The position numbers were made by a program, and so were the translations under genes. The notes beneath the pieces are model-generated. The model made no database searches, was not told where the DNA came from, and worked only from the letters and a program-made list of their open reading frames with translations. A stretch of DNA of 64,000 bases from an uncultured Isosphaeraceae bacterium (lineage in GTDB: Bacteria; Planctomycetota; Phycisphaerae; Phycisphaerales; SM1A02): assembly GCA_964598425.1 (NCBI GenBank), contig CAZRBV010000005.1, positions 1 to 64,000 of the forward strand, given 5' to 3'. Below are positions 47,220 through 55,987 of this stretch, in pieces; the first letter of the stretch is position 1; each line of letters opens with the position of its first letter.

Positions 47220-48215
47220 ATGATTACACCAATCCTCGTCCCGATGCTGCTGGGCAGCCCTGCTGAAATCACCTTCGCGACCCCCGACTTTGATCGGTGG
47301 AATTACGGATTCAACACAGCCGATGGAACGCGAAGCGTTGGCTCGACCTTCAGTGCCTTTCAGAGTGGCTATCCGTTCGATGACCGCGATGGTCAGGTCC
47401 TGCTCGGGTTCGTGACGGGAAGCCAGATCGAGCAGGGGCTTCCGCCTCAGGCGTATCACATCACGGGATGCCATCTTGAGCTCTCGCTTGCATCTGATGA
47501 CATTCCCTACGACCCGACGCTCGACTCGTGGCAGACGCATCTGGGCGAAGGCGAAGAAGACGCCGATGCTGGACGACCTACGCACCTTTCGGGTGTTGCA
47601 TTTCGAAACGGCTGGGACGGTTGGTCGTTCGGAGAAGACGGCGCATTCGGCGAAGTCATGGCAAACGGAGTACGAAACTGTTACCCGATTGACTTTGATG
47701 AAACCGGAGCTGCTCGCGACATCTCCAACAATCTGACTCAGGAGTTTGAACCACATGTCTGGGCGGTCGGAGTGACGAATGAGGTTGAGCCGGGAGAGAT
47801 CATTCCTGCGTACACAGAACTGCTGTTCACCATCGATGTGAGTGATCCCGACGTCAGCTGCTATGTGAAGCAGGCGATCGCCGAGGGATTGCTTGAGTTC
47901 ATGGTGTCTTCGCTTCACCCAGCATCGGAACCAGGCTCCGGCGGAGAGTCCAACTACCCGGATTGGGTGCTGAAGGAAAACCCGCTTGTGGAACTCGGGG
48001 TGACGTCGGCCGCGTCACTTGTGGTCACACTCGAGATCACCCCTCCGAGTGGCGTAGGAGGCGATGTGACAGGTGACGGCCTGGTAGACGTGGAAGATCT
48101 TCTCGCCATTCTCGAAGCATTTGGCCGCTGCCCGTGCTGCGAGGCTGATCTTGATCAGTCGGGCGTTGTCGATGTCAACGATCTGTTGGCGGTGATTGGT
48201 GGTTGGGGAGGTTGA
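47220..48215 (+). CDS. Secreted protein with two C-terminal dockerin-like repeats
   Basis: C-terminal GDVTGDGLVDVEDLLAILEAFGRCP...ADLDQSGVVDVNDLLAVIGGWGG. Function otherwise unknown. Confidence 0.55.
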   Translation: MITPILVPMLLGSPAEITFATPDFDRWNYGFNTADGTRSVGSTFSAFQSGYPFDDRDGQVLLGFVTGSQIEQGLPPQAYHITGCHLELSLASDDIPYDPTLDSWQTHLGEGEEDADAGRPTHLSGVAFRNGWDGWSFGEDGAFGEVMANGVRNCYPIDFDETGAARDISNNLTQEFEPHVWAVGVTNEVEPGEIIPAYTELLFTIDVSDPDVSCYVKQAIAEGLLEFMVSSLHPASEPGSGGESNYPDWVLKENPLVELGVTSAASLVVTLEITPPSGVGGDVTGDGLVDVEDLLAILEAFGRCPCCEADLDQSGVVDVNDLLAVIGGWGG

Positions 48216-48269
48216 CGTGCGGTGCGTGTGAGGGGTTGGAACAACAACGGCCCGATACGAGGGCATTTC

Positions 48270-48965
48270 ATGGAGACGAGAGATATGTTGCGATTGAAAC
48301 TGACGGCTTCGGCAGCCATTGTGCTCTCAACAACGGCGCTGGCCGGATACGAGGTTGAGGAAGTGCCTGCATGGCGAGGCGATGCAGGAACCGTTCTGTA
48401 TGAGTGGGAGAGTTTCACTTCCGCTTCGGCCGAAACGGGACCGAACTTCCCAGGCAATGAACCGTTTCCGAGTGGGAACGCTGTGTTGTTCAACTTCGGA
48501 ACTGGGGCTGTCATCAGCGGAGATCAGAACATCTACGGATACGGTGGCCCTCTCAACATTCATGCATACGCCTACACGGCTTCCGACACGCAGGACGTCG
48601 TTGCCAACATCTCGATGCACGGCACCGAGACGCTCTATGACCAAGTCATGCTGGTGTGGACCGACGGTGTCGAGGGCGGCGAAGAGGGTGCCATCTTTGG
48701 CACACGATCCATCAACTACTGGGAAGAAGTTGACTATGGCGGCGGAAACATCGGCGCCGTTGCCAATGTGAGTTACACCTTCGATCTCAGTGGCATCGCT
48801 GCCGACGTTCTTGAGGTCGGCGTGATCGCGGGCACCGCAGGGCCGCACTCCAGTCTGGATGCACTGACCCTTGATATTCGGCTGGGGAGCATCCCTGCTC
48901 CGGGAGCCCTGGCGGTGCTGGCGATTGCAGGTGTTGTCTCCGGGCGAGTGCGACGGCGAATCTGA
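48270..48965 (+). CDS. Secreted protein with C-terminal PEP-CTERM-like sorting tag (IPAPGA + TM + RRRI)
   Basis: Signal peptide (LTASAAIVLSTTALAG). The C-terminus reads GSIPAPGALAVLAIAGVVSGRVRRRI. Confidence 0.55.
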   Translation: METRDMLRLKLTASAAIVLSTTALAGYEVEEVPAWRGDAGTVLYEWESFTSASAETGPNFPGNEPFPSGNAVLFNFGTGAVISGDQNIYGYGGPLNIHAYAYTASDTQDVVANISMHGTETLYDQVMLVWTDGVEGGEEGAIFGTRSINYWEEVDYGGGNIGAVANVSYTFDLSGIAADVLEVGVIAGTAGPHSSLDALTLDIRLGSIPAPGALAVLAIAGVVSGRVRRRI

Positions 48966-48974
48966 CTCCGATAC

Positions 48975-50105
48975 TCAAATGAGCATCGCGCCGAGCGTAA
49001 AGCCCACGGCGGCGGCCACCGCCAGAAGCATGGCGGTGGCCAGCGGCGTCAATTTCGCTGAATGCTCATCCTCGGCGGCAGCGCCTGCAGCCGATGGATT
49101 GAGGACTTGATTGAGCGCGTCGCCTAGATCACCAGCAGCGCGGAAACGATCACCTCGGTCATGTGCGGTTGCTCTCAGGGCGATTCCTCGGGCTTGTTCA
49201 GCCAGAGTCCCTGTGAGATCGCCGCACCAACGCAGAAGTAGTCCGCCGAGGTCAAAGACATCGATGCGTCCATCAAGTGAAACGGGCGAGAGAATGGCTC
49301 GCTCAGGTGCGCCGGGAATATTTCGAAGTTGTTCGGCGGCAGCACTATCCGGAATTGCTGTTGCGAGGGCTGGCAGCAGCCCGGGATCCGTGAGTCTCGC
49401 GTTTCCTGATTCGCAGATCACAATGCGAGCTGGAGTCAGGCGTCCATGGGCGAGACCATGAAAGTGCAGCTCCTGTACAGCCTCACACACGTCGACCATC
49501 TGGGTCATGCGCCGCCGAAGCTCTGCGGTCGATTGGGCTGGTCCATCGGCCAAGCTCCGCCCTTCGACTTTCTCGATGAGGAAGAACCCCTCGGGCCCCC
49601 GGCCGAGATCGACGGTTCCAGCTTCAAGGACGCGGGGGAGTCCGGGATGATCCAGCCGAAGCAAGGTCTCGGCGCCAAGCGAAATACGCCGAGCGTCATC
49701 TGTCGAGAGGCGTTGCCGCGCCAGTGAAAGCACGGCAGCGGGGCGATCATCGCTGTGACGGGTTGCCCACCGCTCGAACATACCGTCATCGGGCAATTGC
49801 CCGTCCAGTCTGCAGGTGCCGACCGTGAGACCCGACTCGGTACGAAGATCGACCTGCTCGACGTCGGATCGACCGCTGATACGGTGCGTCGTTCGAGTGC
49901 GAGTCAATGCGTCCTCAGCCGAAGAGTAGTGGTCGAGCAGATTCTCGACTTCGCTGCGAAGTTCTGCATCTTCACCACACGCCGACTCAATAAATGCGAG
50001 TCTGCTTGAGGGGGGGCGATCCAGTGCTTCGGTAAAGATCTGGTCCGCCCGGTGCTGATCCTTGGCTGCGTTCAAGTGGCGAACTCCGGTCGTCCCGACA
50101 CACAT
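48975..50105 (-). CDS. Membrane-anchored Ser/Thr-kinase-like protein, predicted pseudokinase
   Basis: N-terminal ADQIFTEALDRPPSSRLAFIESACGEDAELRSEVENLLDH shares its pattern with the N-terminus of the kinase at 8236. The catalytic positions are degenerate: HGLAHGRLTPARIV replaces HRDLKPxN, and TDPG replaces DFG. C-terminal TM LLAVAAAVGFTLGAMLI. Confidence 0.55.
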   Translation of the reverse strand: MCVGTTGVRHLNAAKDQHRADQIFTEALDRPPSSRLAFIESACGEDAELRSEVENLLDHYSSAEDALTRTRTTHRISGRSDVEQVDLRTESGLTVGTCRLDGQLPDDGMFERWATRHSDDRPAAVLSLARQRLSTDDARRISLGAETLLRLDHPGLPRVLEAGTVDLGRGPEGFFLIEKVEGRSLADGPAQSTAELRRRMTQMVDVCEAVQELHFHGLAHGRLTPARIVICESGNARLTDPGLLPALATAIPDSAAAEQLRNIPGAPERAILSPVSLDGRIDVFDLGGLLLRWCGDLTGTLAEQARGIALRATAHDRGDRFRAAGDLGDALNQVLNPSAAGAAAEDEHSAKLTPLATAMLLAVAAAVGFTLGAMLI

Positions 50106-50167
50106 TCCTCGTTTCCATGGGTTGAGGACCTGAGGGGATTGCCCCTAGGGTAGCGATTGGGCCGCAT

Positions 50168-51967
50168 TTGGGAAACATCCGCCCGTGGAGTCACGGCATG
50201 GCGACTGGTCTGGTTGGGGCACGGAATCTTGGGAGATTGTCGCGGCGATCCGGCGGCATCCTGACCGATGCGCTGCTGCTGGCATTGATTCTGGCGGCAC
50301 TGGGTGTGCTGCTGTTGTACGGCAGGCAGGCCACCGGCGAGTATCACCGAGCCGCCGATATCGACCTCTCTGTTGCAGCCCTTCCTGGATACGCCGCGCT
50401 CAGCCTCTCTCGATGTTTGGCGGCATTTGTGCTCTCGCTTCTCTTCACGCTCGTGTGGGGATCGATTGCGGCGCACAACCGGCGGGCGGAACGCATCATG
50501 ATTCCGGCACTGGACATTCTGCAGACGATCCCCGTGCTGTCATTCCTTCCGCCAGTCACGCTCGCCTTCATCATGCTCGTTCCAGGCAGTGAGATCGGGC
50601 TGGAGCTCGCATGTGTCATCATGATCTTCACGGGTCAGGCCTGGAACATGGCATTCGGGTTCTACCAGTCGATTCGAAGCATCCCCTCGAGCCTGTACGA
50701 GGTCGCCAGGATCAACAAGCTTGGAAGTGTCCGCACGTTCCTTCACGTCGAGCTCCCAGGGTCGATGATCGGACTGGTCTACAACTCGATGATGTCTTTT
50801 GCGGGCGGATGGTTCTTCTTGACGACCATCGAGATGTTCACGCTTGGCCAGCGGGACTTTCGCCTTCCTGGTATCGGATCCTGGTTGGCAACGGCGCAGC
50901 AGGAACATGAGTGGGGACTTGTGGCAGCCGGTAGTGGCGCGCTGATCCTCCTTATTGTCGGCACAGATCAACTTGTATTCAGACCCCTTCTCGTGTGGGC
51001 GCAGCGATTCAAGATTGAGGAACAGGAATCAAGTCAACCGCCTCGATCCTGGCTCGTGACACTTTGGCGGCGGTCGCCTGTCGTGCGTGTGCTTCGTCGC
51101 CATCGCGTTGCTCGCCTTGCCGCCCGCCACAGCTCGCAGGGTTCGAAGCCTGTGAGGCGAGCGGGAGGTCACCAGTCTGCGCTCTGGGGCCGTGCCTTCA
51201 AACTTGTTCGGTGGCTCGCGCTGCTGGCAGGGGCCGTCGCTGCTGCGTGGGGTTTGTATGAACTTGTTCGCCTTCTGATCCCCCTGGAGTGGTCGAACGA
51301 TCGGGGAAATGGATGGCGCGATGTTCTGGCAGGACTTGGTTTGTCGTTTGCGCGAGTCGTGGCGGTACTCGTGATTGGCTCGATCTGGACGATTCCGTTG
51401 GGGCTGATCATCGGGCGGAGCAGTCGACTCCGCAGCTGGCTCGGTCCCGTGGTACAGGTCATCGCGTCGTATCCGGCGCCTGCGTACTTCGTACTTCTGA
51501 CCGTGACGCTTGGCAGTATCGGTACCCCGTTCTGGTGTATTGCGCCGCTCCTGATGCTGATGGGCAGCCAGTGGTACATACTCTTCAACGCGATGGGGGG
51601 CGCGACGGCGATTCCTGCGGACCTTGTGGAGATGTCGCGCGTTCAGCAACTTGGCTGGTGGGCGAGATTCCGAAAGGTCGAGGCGCCGGCGATGTTCCCA
51701 TTCCTCATCACGGGCTGGGTGACTGCTGCGGGCGGCGCGTGGAACACGACAATCGTTGCTGAGTACGTGCAAACGAGTGCCGGGCCAGATGGTGTCCGGG
51801 AAACCCTCGGAATCGGCTCGCTGATCGCCTCGGCGACGGATCACGGAGACTACGCGCTTCTCGCGGCATCAACGCTTTCGCTTGCGGCATTCGTCATCAT
51901 TTTCAATCGGTTTGTGTGGAACCGGCTCTACGGTCTTTGCGCTACTCGATACAACCTTCAATCCTGA
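50168..51967 (+). CDS. ABC transporter permease with two fused binding-protein-dependent transmembrane domains
   Basis: Two ~280-aa halves, each with about six TM segments and an EAA-like loop region (e.g. ...SLYEVARINKLGS... and ...LVEMSRVQQLGWWARF...). Confidence 0.8.
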   Translation: MGNIRPWSHGMATGLVGARNLGRLSRRSGGILTDALLLALILAALGVLLLYGRQATGEYHRAADIDLSVAALPGYAALSLSRCLAAFVLSLLFTLVWGSIAAHNRRAERIMIPALDILQTIPVLSFLPPVTLAFIMLVPGSEIGLELACVIMIFTGQAWNMAFGFYQSIRSIPSSLYEVARINKLGSVRTFLHVELPGSMIGLVYNSMMSFAGGWFFLTTIEMFTLGQRDFRLPGIGSWLATAQQEHEWGLVAAGSGALILLIVGTDQLVFRPLLVWAQRFKIEEQESSQPPRSWLVTLWRRSPVVRVLRRHRVARLAARHSSQGSKPVRRAGGHQSALWGRAFKLVRWLALLAGAVAAAWGLYELVRLLIPLEWSNDRGNGWRDVLAGLGLSFARVVAVLVIGSIWTIPLGLIIGRSSRLRSWLGPVVQVIASYPAPAYFVLLTVTLGSIGTPFWCIAPLLMLMGSQWYILFNAMGGATAIPADLVEMSRVQQLGWWARFRKVEAPAMFPFLITGWVTAAGGAWNTTIVAEYVQTSAGPDGVRETLGIGSLIASATDHGDYALLAASTLSLAAFVIIFNRFVWNRLYGLCATRYNLQS

Positions 51968-51977
51968 GACTGAACCT

Positions 51978-53291
51978 ATGCGTATCGATCCTCCAATCTG
52001 CGAAGCGCGCGCCCTGGATGTCTCTTTTGGCAGTCCGCCTGTCGAGGTACTCCGAGGCGTAGATATCGAAGTGCGTCCGGGCGAGACCCTCGCCATTCTC
52101 GGGCCGAGCGGCTGTGGCAAGAGCACGCTGCTGCGGGCGCTGTGCGGCCTTCTGACACCCTCCGGGGGCGAGGTGCTTGCAAACGGAACTCCACTCGACG
52201 GAGTCCATCCGGGCGTATCGATCGTGTTTCAGTCCTTTGCGTTGCTGCCGTGGCTCAGCGTGCAGGACAATGTCGGTCTCGGGGTCAACGGGATCGATAT
52301 CACCGACGAACAGGCGAGACGGCGCATTTCTGAGTGCATCGAGCTTGTGGGACTCGATGGTTTCGAGCAGGCCTTCCCAAAGGAACTCTCTGGTGGCATG
52401 AAGCAGCGTGTCGGCATCGCGCGAGCCTTGGCGCGTTCGCCGCAACTCCTTTGTATGGATGAGCCTTTCAGCGCGCTCGATGTGTTTACAGCCGAAACAC
52501 TTCGCAGCGAGGTGTATCGACTTTGCCGTGAAGCCGATGCGGATCCAGATGAGTCGCGCGCGATCGAAGGGCTTCGAAGCGTGCTCATCATCACGCACAT
52601 CATTGAAGAGGCTGTCTTTCTGGCGGACAGGATCGTTGTCATGTCGGCCCGGCCGGGAGAAGTGCAGTGCATTATCGACAATACGGTGCCGCATCCACGC
52701 GAGTATCACGATCCTGCCTTTGAGGCCATGGTGCGCCGCCTTCATACGCAGATTGTGGAAGGTGAGGATCTCGACGAGTTTGATCAAGTCGTCGGAACCG
52801 CAGATGGGCGACTTGAAGTCCTTCCCGAGGTCACGATGTCGGAGATCATCGGAGTGGTTGAGGTGCTGCACGACCACGGCAATTCCATGGATCTCTTTGA
52901 TCTCGATGAAGAGACCGAAGAGGAACTCGGTCGGTTGCTGAGCCTGATCAAAGCCGGTGAGCTCCTGGATCTGGTCGATGCGAGTGGAAATCGAGTTTCG
53001 GTCACAGCGGCGGGGACGTCGCTTCTCGGGGCCGAGCCATCGGATCGAAAGGAAGTATTGGCCAGCCAGTTGCAGCGGCTCAATGTCATGCAGTGGGCGA
53101 TCGAGCAGGTGTCCAAGGCGGGCAAAGATGGATTGGACCGTGAGAGTCTGGAGTCGATGTTGGTCCAGCGGCAACCGCGTGGGGCCAGCACCCTGCATTC
53201 ACTCCTCGCATGGGCCAGATACGCCGAGGTGTTGACCTGGACCACCGAGGATGGGGTGATCACGCTTGGGGAGGCGGTTTGTAGGGGCTAA
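51978..53291 (+). CDS. ABC transporter ATP-binding protein (NitT/TauT-like) with ~190-aa C-terminal extension
   Basis: Walker A GPSGCGKST, Q-loop, signature LSGGMKQRVGIARAL, Walker B LLCMDEPFSALD, H-loop ITHII. An extra C-terminal domain has no recognised motif. Start taken at ATG 51978, 10 nt after the permease stop. Confidence 0.85.
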   Translation: MRIDPPICEARALDVSFGSPPVEVLRGVDIEVRPGETLAILGPSGCGKSTLLRALCGLLTPSGGEVLANGTPLDGVHPGVSIVFQSFALLPWLSVQDNVGLGVNGIDITDEQARRRISECIELVGLDGFEQAFPKELSGGMKQRVGIARALARSPQLLCMDEPFSALDVFTAETLRSEVYRLCREADADPDESRAIEGLRSVLIITHIIEEAVFLADRIVVMSARPGEVQCIIDNTVPHPREYHDPAFEAMVRRLHTQIVEGEDLDEFDQVVGTADGRLEVLPEVTMSEIIGVVEVLHDHGNSMDLFDLDEETEEELGRLLSLIKAGELLDLVDASGNRVSVTAAGTSLLGAEPSDRKEVLASQLQRLNVMQWAIEQVSKAGKDGLDRESLESMLVQRQPRGASTLHSLLAWARYAEVLTWTTEDGVITLGEAVCRG

Positions 53292-53531
53292 ATAGAGGTC
53301 TCACAGAGGTTTTTGTGTTTTATGTCACCGATTGAGGCCAAAGCCGCTGTGAACTTGGGCATTATGTCCCGCCCAAAGATCAGATCGGGCGATCGGTCCA
53401 GACCGCAGGACCTGTCCGTCAAAGCCTTTGGGATGCCAATCGTCGGGAATGGCAAGTGACCGCAGCTTGATGCGGAGGCATTCTGGGGGGCACGTCTGGT
53501 TGGAACCGACCGGCGGTGCGAAGCGGAGTGT

Positions 53532-54611
53532 ATGGATGTGAAGGGTTCTCTACGCACTATTCTAAGCCTACTTGCTGTGTTGGCAGGTGGATACGTCGAC
53601 GCGGGCACCCTTCGGGTCCCCGGGGATGCCGCAACGATCCAGCACGCCATTGACCTTGCTCAGATCGGGGATGTGGTTGAAGTCGGCCCAGGTGTGTGGC
53701 CCGAGGCCATCGATCTTCGAGGCAAGTCGATTCTGCTTCGCGGCCGGGATGGCGCTGAAACGACGATTATCGACGCCAAGGATCGCGGCGAGAGCGTGGT
53801 CCGGTGCATGAGCGGCGAAGGTCCGGGCACTGTCCTTGAGGGACTCACTCTGACCGGTGGTACCGGGCACGAGGGCTTGCATGGAAGCAGCACGGCAATT
53901 GGCGGCGGCCTCCTGGCAATTGGAGCGTCGCCCACGATCCGCGACTGCATCTTCAAGTCCAACACAGTCAGTCGTAACGGTGGGGGAGCCTACTGTGGCA
54001 AAGGCGGAAACGTTCGATTCGAGCGATGCCGCTTTGAAGGCAACGCTGCTGAGAAGGGTGCCGGCCTGCTGTGTGTCGGTAGCACGCCGGTATTGGATCG
54101 GTGCATCTTCACGGATAACACCGCTCGATTCAGCGGCGGCGGTTTGTATGCGGCCAAAGGCAGCTCGCCTGTCGTGCGAGAGTGCCAGTTCGTTCGAAAC
54201 CAAGCATCATTCCAGGGTGGTGGCGTGTGCTCGCTCGACTCGGCCGGCGAACTCCTTGGTGGCGTTTTTGAGCGCAATCGCGCTGGAAGCCACGGCGGGG
54301 CCGTCTACCTTGGATTCAGGACCACGATGCAGGCGGCCGCATGCCAGTTCGTGTCTCCGACGGACACGATCGATGGAACGACAGCAATCGCCCGCCGCGA
54401 TCTCCGACGCGGAGCCTGTGATCTGAGTGAAGCTGTCACCGTGCTGGCGGAAGAACACGACTGTGTTGCAGCGGGCGGGCAGTATCGCGGCGATGGCACT
54501 CGGTGCCCATCGCCTTCCGAGAGCCAACTCGCGCGAAGGCGCGGCGACCTTGATCGAGATGGCCGCGTCAGCAGACGCGATCTTGCAATCATGATGCTTC
54601 TGTGGCGCTGA
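53532..54611 (+). CDS. Secreted right-handed parallel beta-helix repeat protein with C-terminal dockerin-like motif
   Basis: Signal peptide, then repeated G-x-G/A...NxA beta-helix rungs (SRNGGGAYCGKGGNV, NAAEKGAGLLCVGS, NTARFSGGGLYAAKGS, NQASFQGGGVCS). C-terminal RRGDLDRDGRVSRRDLAIMMLLW. Confidence 0.6.
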   Translation: MDVKGSLRTILSLLAVLAGGYVDAGTLRVPGDAATIQHAIDLAQIGDVVEVGPGVWPEAIDLRGKSILLRGRDGAETTIIDAKDRGESVVRCMSGEGPGTVLEGLTLTGGTGHEGLHGSSTAIGGGLLAIGASPTIRDCIFKSNTVSRNGGGAYCGKGGNVRFERCRFEGNAAEKGAGLLCVGSTPVLDRCIFTDNTARFSGGGLYAAKGSSPVVRECQFVRNQASFQGGGVCSLDSAGELLGGVFERNRAGSHGGAVYLGFRTTMQAAACQFVSPTDTIDGTTAIARRDLRRGACDLSEAVTVLAEEHDCVAAGGQYRGDGTRCPSPSESQLARRRGDLDRDGRVSRRDLAIMMLLWR

Positions 54612-54615
54612 GCGA

Positions 54616-55983
54616 TCAATCCTCAAGCACCAACGATTCAATCAGTGATGACACCATGCTCATAGGAACCCGCGTTGGCAGGTCCAGCGACTCGCTGCAC
54701 CACAGGAGTGGGTCGAGGTCGGGATCGTTACGGCCGTGGCTTCCTTGCACCAGTGACGTATCGAGCGGGATGACATCCATGAGGGTGCGGAATCCAAGTC
54801 GGCGGCGGACAAGGCGCCAGCCGATTGCTGCAGGTGGCAAGGCGATGCGCGGATCGAGGAATAACTCCCTCGGGTCATAACCAGGCTTTCGGTGAATGTC
54901 GACGGTGCGTTGATAGTCGGGAGCGCGGTCTGGATCTGTCCACCAATCGTGGCAGAACCAGCGATCTCTGGCTGCCACGAGTACCAGATCACCGCACCGT
55001 TCGTGGGAGAGCCCTTCAGACTTGAGAGTGGTGCCCTGGAGTACACGATCGACACCGGTTGCAGTCTGAAAGAGATCAGCGACCGTGGTGGCCTGCGCAG
55101 GATCAGCGACGTACACGTGAGCGATCTGATGGTCGGGTACCGCGAAGGCGCCGCTCGCGCCAGCATCGAGCATCTCTCGCCCTTGTTCCACCCGAAGCGA
55201 GAGCAGCCCCGCTGATCGGAGGATTCGATTTGGAGCTACAGCATCGGTGACAGCGGTGATGCCGTACTCATTGACCAACAGGATGCGGCGACCGCTCGCC
55301 ATGAGCGACTCAATCAGATCGGCGGCGACGTCGTCGAGCTCGCGGCACGCACTGGGGATGTTCGGATGATCCGGGCCGAGTTTTTGAAGTCCATAGTCCA
55401 GGTGGGGCAGATAGGCGAGCAGCAGCGTGGGATTCAGCGTCTGGTCCACGAACATGGCGGCTTCCGCGATCCATGTGCTGCTGGAAATGTCCGCCGCCGG
55501 GCCCCAGAATCTGAAGAGCGGAAACTGCCCGAGTCGATGCTGCAGCTCGTCACGGAGTTCTGATGGCTGCGTCCAGACATCGGGAATCTTGCGTCCGTCC
55601 GCCGGATACACAGGGCGGGGTGTCACGGAGATGGTTGCTCCGCTGTACATCGCAAACCACCAGAAGCAATTGGCGGTCGTGACCGATGCATCTCTGGCGG
55701 CAAGCCGGTCCCATACCTTCTCGCCTTGAACGAGGCGATTGGACTGCTGCCAGAAGTGTGTTTCTGCCCGCTCGCGATCATGCCACCCGTTTCCGACGAT
55801 GCCGTGTGTTGAAGGCGCGGTCCCCGTGAGCATCGTGGACTGGCTTGTGCACGTGACTGCTGGCAGTGGGGGGTGCAGGGCGCGCTCGCTTCCCGACGAC
55901 ATCAGGGCTGTGAGTCGCGGCATGTGCGCGCGCTGCCGCTCGGTCAGTGCAACGAGATTGATAACGGCGGTGCGGTGCGGCAT
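54616..55983 (-). CDS. eboF: Alkaline-phosphatase-superfamily enzyme (type I phosphodiesterase/nucleotide pyrophosphatase-like); EboF-type member of an ebo-like cluster
   Basis: AlkP-core N-terminus (AVINLVALTERQRAHMPRL...CTSQSTMLTG) with a metal-binding Thr/Ser. The 455-aa size fits. Start ATG 55983 lies 4 nt after the upstream UbiA stop. Confidence 0.65.
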   Translation of the reverse strand: MPHRTAVINLVALTERQRAHMPRLTALMSSGSERALHPPLPAVTCTSQSTMLTGTAPSTHGIVGNGWHDRERAETHFWQQSNRLVQGEKVWDRLAARDASVTTANCFWWFAMYSGATISVTPRPVYPADGRKIPDVWTQPSELRDELQHRLGQFPLFRFWGPAADISSSTWIAEAAMFVDQTLNPTLLLAYLPHLDYGLQKLGPDHPNIPSACRELDDVAADLIESLMASGRRILLVNEYGITAVTDAVAPNRILRSAGLLSLRVEQGREMLDAGASGAFAVPDHQIAHVYVADPAQATTVADLFQTATGVDRVLQGTTLKSEGLSHERCGDLVLVAARDRWFCHDWWTDPDRAPDYQRTVDIHRKPGYDPRELFLDPRIALPPAAIGWRLVRRRLGFRTLMDVIPLDTSLVQGSHGRNDPDLDPLLWCSESLDLPTRVPMSMVSSLIESLVLED

Positions 55984-55987
55984 GCGA

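Noticed and set aside
51029-51844. 271-aa minus-strand ORF antisense to the ABC permease
   Set aside because: It is extremely Arg-rich (RRRxRR runs). The permease frame shows periodic TM segments.
53292-53531. Possible small RNA or terminator in the 240-nt gap after the ABC ATPase gene (a T-run at about 53306-53320)
   Set aside because: Only a 3-bp potential stem precedes the GTTTTTGTGTTTT run. That is too weak to call an intrinsic terminator, and no other structured element was recognisable by eye.
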